Of a DNA stretch of 64,000 bases, positions 40,096 through 49,707 are shown one piece after another (the first letter of the stretch is position 1; the number at the start of each line of letters is the position of its first letter). The translations under genes and the position numbers were made by a program. Source of the stretch: Dehalococcoidia bacterium (GTDB lineage: Bacteria > Chloroflexota > Dehalococcoidia > UBA2979). The notes below the pieces were generated by a model, which was not told the DNA's origin, ran no database searches, and saw only the letters and a program-made list of their open reading frames with translations. The DNA is taken from contig OZ244720.1 in NCBI GenBank assembly GCA_965219085.1, positions 1,995,429-2,059,428 of the forward strand, written 5' to 3'.

Positions 40096-40950
40096 CTAGA
40101 AGATGACGTTCATCAGCCGGCCGCGGTAGCGCGCCGCGAGTTCGTGCGTGTCGCCGAGCACCGCGAAGGCGTCGAGCATACGTAGCCGCCCGCCGTCCTC
40201 GTCGAGCTCGCGGTCGAGGCGCACCGTCGCGAGCAGGTGCTCGAGCGCGTCCTGCCACTCGCCCGCGACGGCGAGCACCGCGCCGAGGTGGTAGCGCGCC
40301 TCGGCGTCGTTCTCGTCGGCGGCAACGCGCGCCTCAAGGGCGGCGCGGTCCTTGCCGGCCGCCAGCTCGGCCAGGCCGATGCGGCCGAGTGCTCGCCGGG
40401 CGCGGGGGTCGTGCTCGTAGGGCGCGGCCAGCTCGCGCGCGCGCGCGGTGTCAGCCGCGTCGCCGCTCGCGGAGAGGATGTCGGCGAGTTCGAGCGCGGC
40501 ATCCAGATGGTTCGGGTCGCCGGCGATCACCAACTCGAGCTGCTCGCGCGCGGCCGCGTCGTCGCCGAGGGCGCGGAAGCGCTGCGCCGCGGTCATGGCA
40601 TGGTCGGCTTGCGAGGGCACGAGGATGTCGAAGAACGCCCGCACGTGCTCCTCGGGCTGTACCCCGGCGAACTCGCTGGTGACGCCGCCGCCCTCGAAGG
40701 CCTTCACCGCGGGGATGCTCTGGATGCCGTACTGCTGGGTCACCATCGGGTTCTGGTCGATGTTGACCTTCACGAGCTGTACGCGACCGGCGTACTCGTT
40801 CGCGATCTTCTCGAGCGTCGGGCTGAGGATGTGGCACGGCTCGCACCACGCCGCCCAGAAGTCGACGATGACGGGCATCTGGTGCGAGCGCTGAATGACG
40901 ACGTCGGTGAAGTTCGCGTCGGTGGCTTCGAGCACGGCTCCGGTGGTCAT
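40096..40950 (-). CDS. thioredoxin-domain plus TPR co-chaperone (YbbN/CnoX-like)
   Basis: ATG 40950 with GGAGG RBS; thioredoxin motif WAAWCEPCH; TPR-like C-terminal half; the ORF-track version (448 aa) adds an Arg-rich run-on. Confidence 0.8.
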   Translation of the reverse strand: MTTGAVLEATDANFTDVVIQRSHQMPVIVDFWAAWCEPCHILSPTLEKIANEYAGRVQLVKVNIDQNPMVTQQYGIQSIPAVKAFEGGGVTSEFAGVQPEEHVRAFFDILVPSQADHAMTAAQRFRALGDDAAAREQLELVIAGDPNHLDAALELADILSASGDAADTARARELAAPYEHDPRARRALGRIGLAELAAGKDRAALEARVAADENDAEARYHLGAVLAVAGEWQDALEHLLATVRLDRELDEDGGRLRMLDAFAVLGDTHELAARYRGRLMNVIF

Positions 40951-41015
40951 CGTTCTCCTCCCTCGCGCACCGCTCAGGGTAGCGCGCGCCGGGCGCTGGA
41001 TCAGTCCGCCCGCCC

Positions 41016-41915
41016 TCAGTCCGCCTGCAGCTCCGCGAGGTAGTCCGCGGCGAAGCGCTGTGCCAGTTCCGGGGCATCCTCGAGCTGGCGCGGATGCAGC
41101 CCGATGATCGCGTGATTCACCCCCGACTCGCGCGCGGCGTGTAGGCGCTCGGCGGTCTGCTCCAGCCGGTCGGCCGCGAGCGCGCCGACGTTGTTCATCG
41201 CGATCATCAGCGCGGCCGGGTCGCGGCCGGCGCGCGAGGCCGCCTCGCGCGCTGGCGTCATCGCCTCCTCGGCGCGGTTGAGGTAGCCGGCGTGGGCGAG
41301 CCAGCCGTCGCCGAGCTCGCCGATGCGGCGCATCTGCTGGGGGCTGTCGCCGCCGATCCAGATCGGCAGGTGCCGCGGCGGCAGCGGGCGCGCGGTCCAG
41401 CCGTCGACGGTGTGGAACTCGGTCTCGAGGCCGTCCACCCACTCCTCGTCGAGCAGCGCGCGGATGACGCGCACGCTCGCCTCGAAGCGGTCACCGCGGC
41501 GGTTCGTGGGCATGCCGAGGACTTCCATCTCCTCGCGCGCCCAGCCCATGCCGGCGCCGAGCAGGAAGCGCCCGCCCGCGAGGTGGTCGATGCTCGCGAC
41601 CATCTTCGCCGTGTAGGCGGCGCTGCGGTAGTTGAGCACCAGCACGGAAGTGCCGAGCCCGATCGTGCTCGTCACGCCCGCGACGAACGTCAGCTCCGTC
41701 AGCGGCTCGATGATCGAGTGGTCGACGTACGTGCGGGGCGGCACGACGCCGTCGGGCGCGTACGGGTACGGCGAGCGCCACTCGCGCGGGAACATGACGT
41801 GGTCGTTGACCCACAGCGCGTCGTAGCCGGCGTCCTCCGCCGCGCGCGCATGCCGCAGCACGAGGTCGCGCGAAGCCGCTTCGCCGAGCTGTGGCAGTTG
41901 CACTCCTACCTGCAT
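41016..41915 (-). CDS. LLM-class (luciferase-like) flavin/F420-dependent oxidoreductase
   Basis: MQVGVQLPQLGEAASRDLVLRHARAAEDAGYDALWVNDHV.. is the typical LLM N-terminus; about 300 aa. Confidence 0.75.
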   Translation of the reverse strand: MQVGVQLPQLGEAASRDLVLRHARAAEDAGYDALWVNDHVMFPREWRSPYPYAPDGVVPPRTYVDHSIIEPLTELTFVAGVTSTIGLGTSVLVLNYRSAAYTAKMVASIDHLAGGRFLLGAGMGWAREEMEVLGMPTNRRGDRFEASVRVIRALLDEEWVDGLETEFHTVDGWTARPLPPRHLPIWIGGDSPQQMRRIGELGDGWLAHAGYLNRAEEAMTPAREAASRAGRDPAALMIAMNNVGALAADRLEQTAERLHAARESGVNHAIIGLHPRQLEDAPELAQRFAADYLAELQAD

Positions 41916-42114
41916 CACGCCTCCGTTCGCGTCGCGAGGAACGTATGGAGCGCGCGCGCCCGGCGTCAAGGCGTCCCCGCGAGCAATGCAAGCCCGAGCG
42001 CACGCCGCTACGATGCGCTCAGGCCGCACCCCGCGCTGTGGCTTCGGGCGCGCCGCGCGCACGGACCTCGCACGCGGGCGGCAGCGCGCGGCCACCTGGG
42101 GAAGGACGGATAGC

Positions 42115-42832
42115 GATGCACGAGGCGCTCACGGTGGAGAAGACTGGTGGGATCGCGACCTTCACGATCACGAGGCCGCGCGTCAACGCGCTCAGCCTCG
42201 ACCTCCTCGAATCGTTCGCCGAGGAGTTGCACAGCGCCGCCGACGATCCCGACATCATGGTCGCGGTGTGGCGCAGCGGCCTGCCGAACATCTTCTGCGC
42301 CGGCTTCGACCTCAACGACAGCGGCCCCAGTTCGGCGCACCACATGCCCGGCGAGCGCACCGTGCGCGTGCGCAACGCGCAGACGGCGCTGCTCGACATC
42401 CCGATCCCGATCATCGTGGCCGTGAACGGGCCGGCGGTCGGGCTCGGCCTGCTCATGCCGGCGCTGTGCGACATCGTGGTGGCCGGGCGCAGTGCGCGCT
42501 TCGGGCTGCCCGAGATCCAGATCGGCGCCATCGGCGGCGCCGGCCATGCGCGCCGCATCCTGCCCGAGCCCGTCCTGCGCTACATGATGCTGACCGGCCG
42601 CCGCGTCACGCCCGAGTACCTCCAGCAGTGCGGCGCGATCGCGCTCGTCGTCGACGACGACCAGCTCGAGGCGGAGACGATGGCGATCGCGCGCGAGATC
42701 ACGACCTACGACCCGGTGGTCGTCCGCAACAACAAGATCGCGCTGGAGATGCTGCGAGGCGTCGACGACGTCGCCACCGTGTACGCGATCGAGCACAAGT
42801 GGGGCGCGGCGATCCGCGCCTCCCGCGAGTAA
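42115..42832 (+). CDS. enoyl-CoA hydratase/isomerase (crotonase family)
   Basis: ..IATFTITRPRVNALSLDL.., ..IFCAGFDL.., ..IVAVNGPAVGLG.. crotonase signatures. Confidence 0.8.
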
Positions 42833-42844
42833 CGAGGAGCCTCG

Positions 42845-44080
42845 ATGCCGAAGGCCCTCGCGGGCTACCGCATCTGCGACTTCACCGGCCAGCTGGCGGG
42901 CGCCGGGGCGACGCGCCACCTCGCCGCGTTCGGCGCCGAGGTGATCCGTATCGAGGACCCCGTGAATGAGGGGCGCTGGGACATCCTCCGCGGCCAGCCG
43001 CCGTACGTGGATGAGCGCCGCGGGATCAACCTCGGCGGTTCGTTCAACAACCACAACGTGGGGAAGCTCGGCATCACGCTCAACCTCCGCACCGAGCGCG
43101 GCAAGGAGCTGCTGACCGAGCTGGTCAAGGCGTCCGACGTGGTATCGGAGAACTTCTCGGCAGGCGTGATGGACCGGCTCGGATTCGGCTACGAGCAGTT
43201 GCAGGCCATCAAGTCCGACGTCATCTACGTCTCGAACAGCGGCTTCGGGAAGCAGGGGCCGTACGGCACGTACAAGACGTGGGGCCCGATCGTGCAGGCG
43301 GTGGCCGGGCTCACGTGGACCTCGAAGCTGCGCGACCAGCCGCCGGCCGGGTGGGGTTACTCCTACATGGACCACACCGGCGGCTACTACATGTGCATCG
43401 CCATCCTCGCCGCGCTGCATCACCGCAACGTCACCGGCGAGGGCCAGTGGGTCGACATGTCCTGCACCGACGCGGGCGCGACGCTGACCGGCCCCGCGAT
43501 CCTCGACTACACCGTCAATGGCCGCCCGACGCGCCGTGACGGCCTGCCCGACTCGAACCACAACCGCTGGCCCGCGATGGCCCCGCACGCCGTCTACCCA
43601 GCCGAGGGGGAGGACAACTGGATCGCCATCGCCTGCCGCGACGAGGCGGACTGGCACGCGCTGACCGCCGAGGTCGCCGAGCCGTGGACCGCCGACCCGC
43701 GTTTCGCGACCCTCGACGACCGTATCGAGCACGAGGCGGCGCTCGACGAGGCATTGGGCGGCTGGACTGCGTCGCGCGAGGCGTTCGCCACGGCTGAGCG
43801 CCTCCGCGCGGCGGGCGTGCCCACCTCGGCGGTCGCGCGCCCCGAGGACCGCATCGACCACGACGAGAACACGAGCGCGTGGGGGCTGTGGCCGGAGGTG
43901 CGGCAGACCGACATGGGCGCGGTGCGCGTCGATGGCGTGCCCGCGCACCTGAGCGAGACCGAATGGGAGCTCGGACGCGGCGCACCGAACCTCGGCGAGC
44001 ACAACGAGGAGGTCTACGGCGGACTGCTCGGCCTCGACGTCGGCGAGATCGCGAGCCTGCGCGAAGAGGGCGTGATTTGA
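42845..44080 (+). CDS. family-III CoA-transferase
   Basis: ..LAGYRICDFTGQLAGAGATRHLAAFGAEVIRIE..; 411 aa. Confidence 0.85.
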   Translation: MPKALAGYRICDFTGQLAGAGATRHLAAFGAEVIRIEDPVNEGRWDILRGQPPYVDERRGINLGGSFNNHNVGKLGITLNLRTERGKELLTELVKASDVVSENFSAGVMDRLGFGYEQLQAIKSDVIYVSNSGFGKQGPYGTYKTWGPIVQAVAGLTWTSKLRDQPPAGWGYSYMDHTGGYYMCIAILAALHHRNVTGEGQWVDMSCTDAGATLTGPAILDYTVNGRPTRRDGLPDSNHNRWPAMAPHAVYPAEGEDNWIAIACRDEADWHALTAEVAEPWTADPRFATLDDRIEHEAALDEALGGWTASREAFATAERLRAAGVPTSAVARPEDRIDHDENTSAWGLWPEVRQTDMGAVRVDGVPAHLSETEWELGRGAPNLGEHNEEVYGGLLGLDVGEIASLREEGVI

Positions 44081-44097
44081 CCGGCCCGAACGCTCCG

Positions 44098-45330
44098 ATG
44101 GGACCGATGCACGGCCTGCGCGTGATCGAGCTGTGCGAGGAGATCGGCGAGTTCGCCGGCAAGCTCCTCGCCGACATGGGCGCCGACGTCGTCAAGATCG
44201 AGCCGCCCGGCGGCTCGCGCACGCGCTCCTACGCGCCATTCCTCGACGACGTTCCGCACCCCGACCGCAGCCTCTTCTTCTGGCACTACAACACCAGCAA
44301 GCGCTCCGTCGCGCTCGACCTCGACGGCGAGGTGGGGCGCGAGGCGTTCCGCAAGCTCGTGGCCGGCGCCGACGTGCTCGTCGAGGACCGCGCGCCCGGC
44401 TGGCTGGCGGAGCGTGGCCTCGACTACGAGGACCTGCGCGGCGGCAACCCCGGCCTGATCCACTGCGCGATCACGCCCTTCGGGCGCTCCGGCCCGCGCG
44501 CAGGCGACCCCGCGACGGACCTCACGATCCTCGCGGGGGCCGGGCCTGCCTGGTCATGCGGCTACGACGACCACTCGATCCCGCCCGTGCGCGGCGGCGG
44601 CAACCAGGGCTACCAGACAGGCTGCCACTGGGCGCTGATCAGCATCCTCACCGCCGTGCTCTACCGCGACGGCGGCGGCGCGGGCCAGTTCATCGACGTG
44701 AGCCTGCACGCCGCCTCGAACGTCACGACCGAGGCGGGCAGCTACCAGTGGCTCGTCGCGCGTGAGACCGTGCAGCGCCAGACCGGACGCCACGCCGGCG
44801 TGACGCCCTCGGGGCCGACGCAGGTACAGGCGAAGGACGGCGTATGGATGAACACCGGGCTGTTCCCGCGCCGCCCGCACGAGTTCCGCATCCTCATCGA
44901 CTGGATGCAGGAGCTCGGCCTGTTCGACGAGTACGAGCAGTCGCCGCTGCTCGAGACGGCCGCCGGCATGGATCGCATGCTCGATATGGCCCGCGCCGCC
45001 GAGGACGAGGAAGAAGCAGCGCTCCTGAGCGCGGGCCGTGAGGCGATGATCTTCCTCGTGCAGCGCCTCGACGCCTACGAGTTCTTCTCGGGCGCGCAGG
45101 AGCGCGGCTTCCAGGTCGGCATCATCTACGCACCCGAGGACGTGATCGAAGACCCGCACTTCGTCGCACGAGGCTTCCCGACGGAGGTCGAGCACCCGGA
45201 ACTGGGCCGCTCGTTCGTCTACCCCGGCGCGCCGTACGCCTTCCGCGGCTCGCCGTGGGCGATCACGCGCCGCCCACCACTGCCCGGCGAGCACACCGCG
45301 GAGGTGCTCGCCCAACTCGACAGCGCCTGA
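44098..45330 (+). CDS. family-III CoA-transferase
   Basis: ..MHGLRVIELCEEIGEFAGKLLADMGADVVKIEPP..LPGEHTAEVL.. Confidence 0.85.
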   Translation: MGPMHGLRVIELCEEIGEFAGKLLADMGADVVKIEPPGGSRTRSYAPFLDDVPHPDRSLFFWHYNTSKRSVALDLDGEVGREAFRKLVAGADVLVEDRAPGWLAERGLDYEDLRGGNPGLIHCAITPFGRSGPRAGDPATDLTILAGAGPAWSCGYDDHSIPPVRGGGNQGYQTGCHWALISILTAVLYRDGGGAGQFIDVSLHAASNVTTEAGSYQWLVARETVQRQTGRHAGVTPSGPTQVQAKDGVWMNTGLFPRRPHEFRILIDWMQELGLFDEYEQSPLLETAAGMDRMLDMARAAEDEEEAALLSAGREAMIFLVQRLDAYEFFSGAQERGFQVGIIYAPEDVIEDPHFVARGFPTEVEHPELGRSFVYPGAPYAFRGSPWAITRRPPLPGEHTAEVLAQLDSA

Positions 45331-45340
45331 GGACAGCACC

Positions 45341-47872
45341 ATGACCGCATCACCCACGACCAACGGACAGGCCAGGCCCCTCGCGGGCATTCGCGTGCTC
45401 GACCTCGCCACCGGCTACTGCGAGATCACCGGTCGGCTGCTCGCCGACATGGGCGCCGAGGTGATCAAGATCGAGCCGCCCGGCGGACACCCCTCGCGCC
45501 GTCATCCGCCGTTCGTCGACGGCCGCGAGGGCGAGCTCGCCGGCTCGCTGCACTGGGCCGCCTACGCCATCGGCAAGCGCAGCATCGTGCTCGACCTCGA
45601 CGACGAGGTCGACCGCGCGCGGCTGCGCGAGCTCGCGCGCGGCGCCGACGTGCTCGTGGAGTCGCTCGAGCCGGGCGCGCTCGACGCGCTGGGGCTCGGC
45701 TACGCGGACCTGGGCGCGCTCAACCCCGCGTTGGTCTACGCCTCGATCAGCCCGTTCGGGCAGAGCGGCCCGCACGCGCACCGGCCGGCCACCGACCTCA
45801 CGTTGCAGGCAGCGGGTGGGCTCGTCTCGATGCAGGGCGACCGCGACCGGCCGCCGATCCCCGTCGGCTTCCCGCAGGCTGGCCTGCACGCGGGCGTGCA
45901 GGCCGCCGCCGACATCGTCGTCGCGCTGAATGAGCGCGACCACTCCGGGCTCGGCCAGCACCTCGACACCTCGATGCAGGCGTGCATCGTGTGGACGCTG
46001 CTCGACGCGACCGGCTACCCGCCGAACGAGGGCGGCGACAAGCCCGGCTACGGCGACGACCGCTCCAACCCCGTCCCGCGTCGGACGCCCGGGCTCGACT
46101 TGCCGACCATGCTCGAGGTGGCCGACGGGTACACGACGAGCTCGATGGGCGCCGGCCCGCAGATGACGAACACCGTGAACCAGGCCGTTGCCTGGATGCT
46201 GCGAGACGGCCCCGGGTTCCCCGAACACCTCCGCGGCATCGACTGGCAGCACTGGCACGAGGACTGGGCAGAGCCCGGCGTTGCGCCCGAGAGCGCGCCG
46301 CTGGTGAACGAGGCGCTCCAGCACGTCCTCGCCTTCCTGCGCTCCAGGACAAAGGCCGAGCTGCACCCGTGGTCGCTCGAGAGCAAGGCGCTCGTCGCGA
46401 AGATCGCGACGGCCAGGGACCTGCTCGAAGACCCGCAGCTCGAGGCGCGCGACTACTGGCAGCAAGTCGGCGGGCACACCGTGCCCGGCCCCTTCGTGCG
46501 CCTCTCGCGCACGCCGATCGGCTCGGTCGAGCCTGCTCCGGCGCTCGGCGACGGCGCTGCGCTCCTCGACACGCCGCGCGCGCTGGCCGTCAACGGCGCG
46601 CGATCCTCGAACGGCTCGACCACCCCGGACGGCTCGACCACCTCGGACGGCCGGGGCGGGCGGCGCCCGCGGACGTTCGAGGGGCTGAAGGTCGCCGACT
46701 TCTCGTGGTACGGCGTGGGGCCGCTCATCGCCAAGGCGCTCGCGGATCACGGGGCGACGGTGGTGCACGTGGAGTCCGAGCGGCACTTCGACGGCCTGCG
46801 CCTGGGGCCGCCATTCAAGGACGGCGAGTTCGACATCAACAAGGCGCAGTTCTTCGCCGACTACAACTCCTCGAAGCTCGGCATGTCGATCGACCTCTCG
46901 CACGAGGTCGGCCGTGAGATCGCGCGCGACCTCACGCAGTGGGCTGACGTCATGGTGGAGAGCTTCACGCCCGACACGATGGAGCGTCACGGCCTCGACT
47001 GGGCCGTGCTCGGCCCCGACCACCCCGACCTCATCATGGTCCGCACCTGCCTCCGAGGGCAGACCGGGCCGGAGCGCCGCTACACGGGCTTCGGCATGCA
47101 GGGCGCGGCACTGGCCGGGCTCCACGCCGTCACCGGCTGGGCGGACCGCCCGCCCGCCGGCCCGTACGGCGCGTACACCGACTTCATCAACCCGCGCTTC
47201 GGGCTCCTCGCCGTCGCGTCCGCGATCTACGAGCGGCGTCGCAGCGGCAGGGGACAGCTCATCGACCTCTCGCAGGGCGAGGCGGCGATCCACTTCGCCG
47301 CGCCGCTCGTGCTCGACTACGCCGCGAACGGCCGCGTCGCCGGACCCGCCGGTCACGACTCGATGACCGACGCGCCGAACGGCGTCTACGCCTGCCGCGG
47401 CGTCGAGCGCTACGTCGCCATCTCGTGCGCGACGACCGGGCAGTGGCGCGCACTGCGCGACCTCGCCGGCCTCGAGGGCTTCGATGGGGTGGAGTACGAG
47501 ACGTACGCGGGCCGGCAGGCCGACCGTGCGCGCATCGACGCCGCACTCGCGGCGTGGTGCGCGGACCAGGACGGGCACGAGCTGGCGGCGCGGCTCGCCG
47601 ACGCGGGCGTGCCCGCCTCGGCGGTGCTGCGCGCGACGGACCTCTACGAGGACGCGCAGCTCGCGCACCGCGGCTTCTTCGTGACGCTCGACCACCCGGC
47701 GATGGGCCCGACGCCGTACGACGGCCTCGCGACGCAGTACTCGGGATCGCCCGGCAGGCTCAGCAAGGCCGCGCCGATGTTCGGCGAAGACACGCACTAC
47801 GTGCTGACCGAGCTGCTCGGCGCGAGCCCCGAGGACGCGGCGCGCTTCGCTGAGAGCGGCGCGCTCACGTAG
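45341..47872 (+). CDS. single-chain tandem fusion of two family-III CoA-transferase domains (843 aa)
   Basis: Domain 1 ..LAGIRVLDLATGYCEITGRLLADMGAEVIKIEPP..; linker NGARSSNGSTTPDGSTTSDGRGGRRP, encoded by an 18-bp tandem repeat; domain 2 ..LKVADFSWYGVGPLIAKALADHGATVVHVE..; continuous frame, no stop. Confidence 0.85.
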   Translation: MTASPTTNGQARPLAGIRVLDLATGYCEITGRLLADMGAEVIKIEPPGGHPSRRHPPFVDGREGELAGSLHWAAYAIGKRSIVLDLDDEVDRARLRELARGADVLVESLEPGALDALGLGYADLGALNPALVYASISPFGQSGPHAHRPATDLTLQAAGGLVSMQGDRDRPPIPVGFPQAGLHAGVQAAADIVVALNERDHSGLGQHLDTSMQACIVWTLLDATGYPPNEGGDKPGYGDDRSNPVPRRTPGLDLPTMLEVADGYTTSSMGAGPQMTNTVNQAVAWMLRDGPGFPEHLRGIDWQHWHEDWAEPGVAPESAPLVNEALQHVLAFLRSRTKAELHPWSLESKALVAKIATARDLLEDPQLEARDYWQQVGGHTVPGPFVRLSRTPIGSVEPAPALGDGAALLDTPRALAVNGARSSNGSTTPDGSTTSDGRGGRRPRTFEGLKVADFSWYGVGPLIAKALADHGATVVHVESERHFDGLRLGPPFKDGEFDINKAQFFADYNSSKLGMSIDLSHEVGREIARDLTQWADVMVESFTPDTMERHGLDWAVLGPDHPDLIMVRTCLRGQTGPERRYTGFGMQGAALAGLHAVTGWADRPPAGPYGAYTDFINPRFGLLAVASAIYERRRSGRGQLIDLSQGEAAIHFAAPLVLDYAANGRVAGPAGHDSMTDAPNGVYACRGVERYVAISCATTGQWRALRDLAGLEGFDGVEYETYAGRQADRARIDAALAAWCADQDGHELAARLADAGVPASAVLRATDLYEDAQLAHRGFFVTLDHPAMGPTPYDGLATQYSGSPGRLSKAAPMFGEDTHYVLTELLGASPEDAARFAESGALT

Positions 47873-47972
47873 CAGGCCGCCCATGGACGCCCTGTCTACA
47901 ATCGGGGCGGCCGGACGCGTCGCGCCGCAGCGGACGCGGCGGGCAGGCGAAGGAGGACCCGTGGCGGAGACG

Positions 47973-49133
47973 ATGCGAGGGAAGACGGCGATCGTCGGTC
48001 TCGCCGAGACCACCTACTACAGGCGCGGTGGCGCCGAGGACGCCGAGTTCAAGCTCGGCCTCCAGGCCGTGCAGGCGGCCGCCGAGGACGCCGGCATCGA
48101 CGTCCGCGACATCGACGGCTTCTGTTCCTACAGCAATGACCGCAACGACCCGACGCGCTTCCATTCCGCGCTCGGCCTGCGGGACCTCAAGTGGTCCTCG
48201 ATGGTCTGGGGCGGTGGTGGCGGCGGCTGCGCGGGCGCCGTCGCGATGGCCGCCGCGGCGGTACACGCCGGGATCGCGACGAACGTCGTGGTCTTCCGCG
48301 CGCTCGCGCAGGGCCAGTTCGGGCGCTTCGGCGCCGCGAGCGCGTCCGGGCCGCTGGAGGGCGCGCCCGCGTACACGCAGCCGTTCGGGCAGATGTCGCC
48401 GGCGCAGTCGTACGCGATGAAGGTCACGCGCTTCATGCACGACCACGGCGTGCAGCAGAGCGCGCTGCGCGCCGTCTCGCTCGCGAGCTACTACCACGCC
48501 CAGCGCAACCCGCGCGCCGTCATGTACGGCCGCCCGCTCGACGAGGAGCGCTACGACAACTCGCGCTGGATCGTCGAGCCGTTCCACCTCTACGACTGCT
48601 GCCAGGAGAACGACGGCGCCGCCGCGGTCATCGTGACCACGGCCGAGCGCGCCCGAGACATGAAGAATAAGCCCGTCTACATCCTCGCCGGTGGGCAGGG
48701 CTCGCAGTACCGGCAGTCGGCGTGGGCGCACAACGCACCCGACTACGGCACCTCGAACTTCAAGAACAACGCGGCCTCGCTGTTCGACATGGCGCAGGTC
48801 AAGCCCGAGGAGGTCGACGTCGCGCAGGTCTACGAGAACTTCACCGGCGGCGTCGTGATGAGCATCGTCGAGCACGGCCTCATCCCCGTGGAGCAGGCCA
48901 ACGAGGAGTTCACGCTCGACAACTTCCGGTTCGACGGCGGCAAGCTGCCGCTCAACACCTCGGGCGGCAACCTCGCCGAGTGCTACATGCACGGCTTCGA
49001 GCTGGTGATCGAGGCGGCGCGGCAGGTCCGCGGCGAGTCGACCGCGCAGGTCGACGACCCGGAGATCTCGCTCGTCGCGGGCGGGCCGATGGTCGAGCCG
49101 ACGAGCAACCTGCTGCTCGGCGCGCAGGTCTAG
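47973..49133 (+). CDS. thiolase-like protein, SCP-x / lipid-transfer-protein type
   Basis: ..AIVGLAETTYYRRGG..; thiolase fold without the classic biosynthetic-thiolase signatures; C-terminal ..NTSGGNLAECYMHGFE.. typical of SCPx/Ltp thiolases. Confidence 0.8.
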   Translation: MRGKTAIVGLAETTYYRRGGAEDAEFKLGLQAVQAAAEDAGIDVRDIDGFCSYSNDRNDPTRFHSALGLRDLKWSSMVWGGGGGGCAGAVAMAAAAVHAGIATNVVVFRALAQGQFGRFGAASASGPLEGAPAYTQPFGQMSPAQSYAMKVTRFMHDHGVQQSALRAVSLASYYHAQRNPRAVMYGRPLDEERYDNSRWIVEPFHLYDCCQENDGAAAVIVTTAERARDMKNKPVYILAGGQGSQYRQSAWAHNAPDYGTSNFKNNAASLFDMAQVKPEEVDVAQVYENFTGGVVMSIVEHGLIPVEQANEEFTLDNFRFDGGKLPLNTSGGNLAECYMHGFELVIEAARQVRGESTAQVDDPEISLVAGGPMVEPTSNLLLGAQV

Positions 49134-49147
49134 GGCGGGAGCGAACC

Positions 49148-49618
49148 ATGGCGAACGCAACCAAAGCCGACGTCGAGGCGGGCGGCAGCTACTTCCCGAC
49201 GGCCGTCGCCCTCCCGGTGGCGATGGTGGATGGCCTCGACGCGCCGCACTACGAGGGCAAGGAGCGCGGCGAGCTGTGGGTGCAGTACTGCACCGCCTGC
49301 GAGGCGCACCAGTGGGGCCCCGAGTGGATTTGCCACCGCTGCCTCGGCTACGACCTTGAGTGGCGGCAGGTGGCGGCCGAGGGCCGGATCTTCTCGTGGG
49401 AGCGGATCTGGCACCCCGTCCACCCCGACCTCGCCGAGGCGGTGCCGTACGTCGTGGTGCTGATCGAGCTCCCGCACGCGGACGACATCCGCATGGTCGG
49501 CAACCTCCTCGGCGACCCCGAGGAGGAGATCGTCATTGGTTCGGAGGTCGAGGCGGTGTTCGAGCACCACCCTGATCACGATCCGGCCTACACTCTCGTG
49601 CAGTGGTCCCGGACGTAG
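49148..49618 (+). CDS. DUF35 protein (rubredoxin-like Zn ribbon plus OB fold), partner of SCP-x thiolases
   Basis: CTACEAHQWGPEWICHRCLG Zn ribbon followed by an OB-fold segment; immediately downstream of the thiolase-like gene. Confidence 0.8.
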   Translation: MANATKADVEAGGSYFPTAVALPVAMVDGLDAPHYEGKERGELWVQYCTACEAHQWGPEWICHRCLGYDLEWRQVAAEGRIFSWERIWHPVHPDLAEAVPYVVVLIELPHADDIRMVGNLLGDPEEEIVIGSEVEAVFEHHPDHDPAYTLVQWSRT

Positions 49619-49707
49619 GGGACGAACGCAGCAAGATGGACGCGCCGGCCGAGGCCTGAGCGCGGCGACCGCCCCCGGCACACCCCGGGGCGGGAAAGGA
49701 TGGGGAC

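Noticed and set aside
42008-44002. 664-aa minus-strand ORF
   Set aside because: It is antisense to the enoyl-CoA hydratase and a CoA-transferase, an Arg/Gly-rich GC artefact.
45350-48013. 887-aa minus-strand ORF
   Set aside because: It is exactly antisense to the fused CoA-transferase gene, low-complexity and Arg/Ala-rich, with no motifs.
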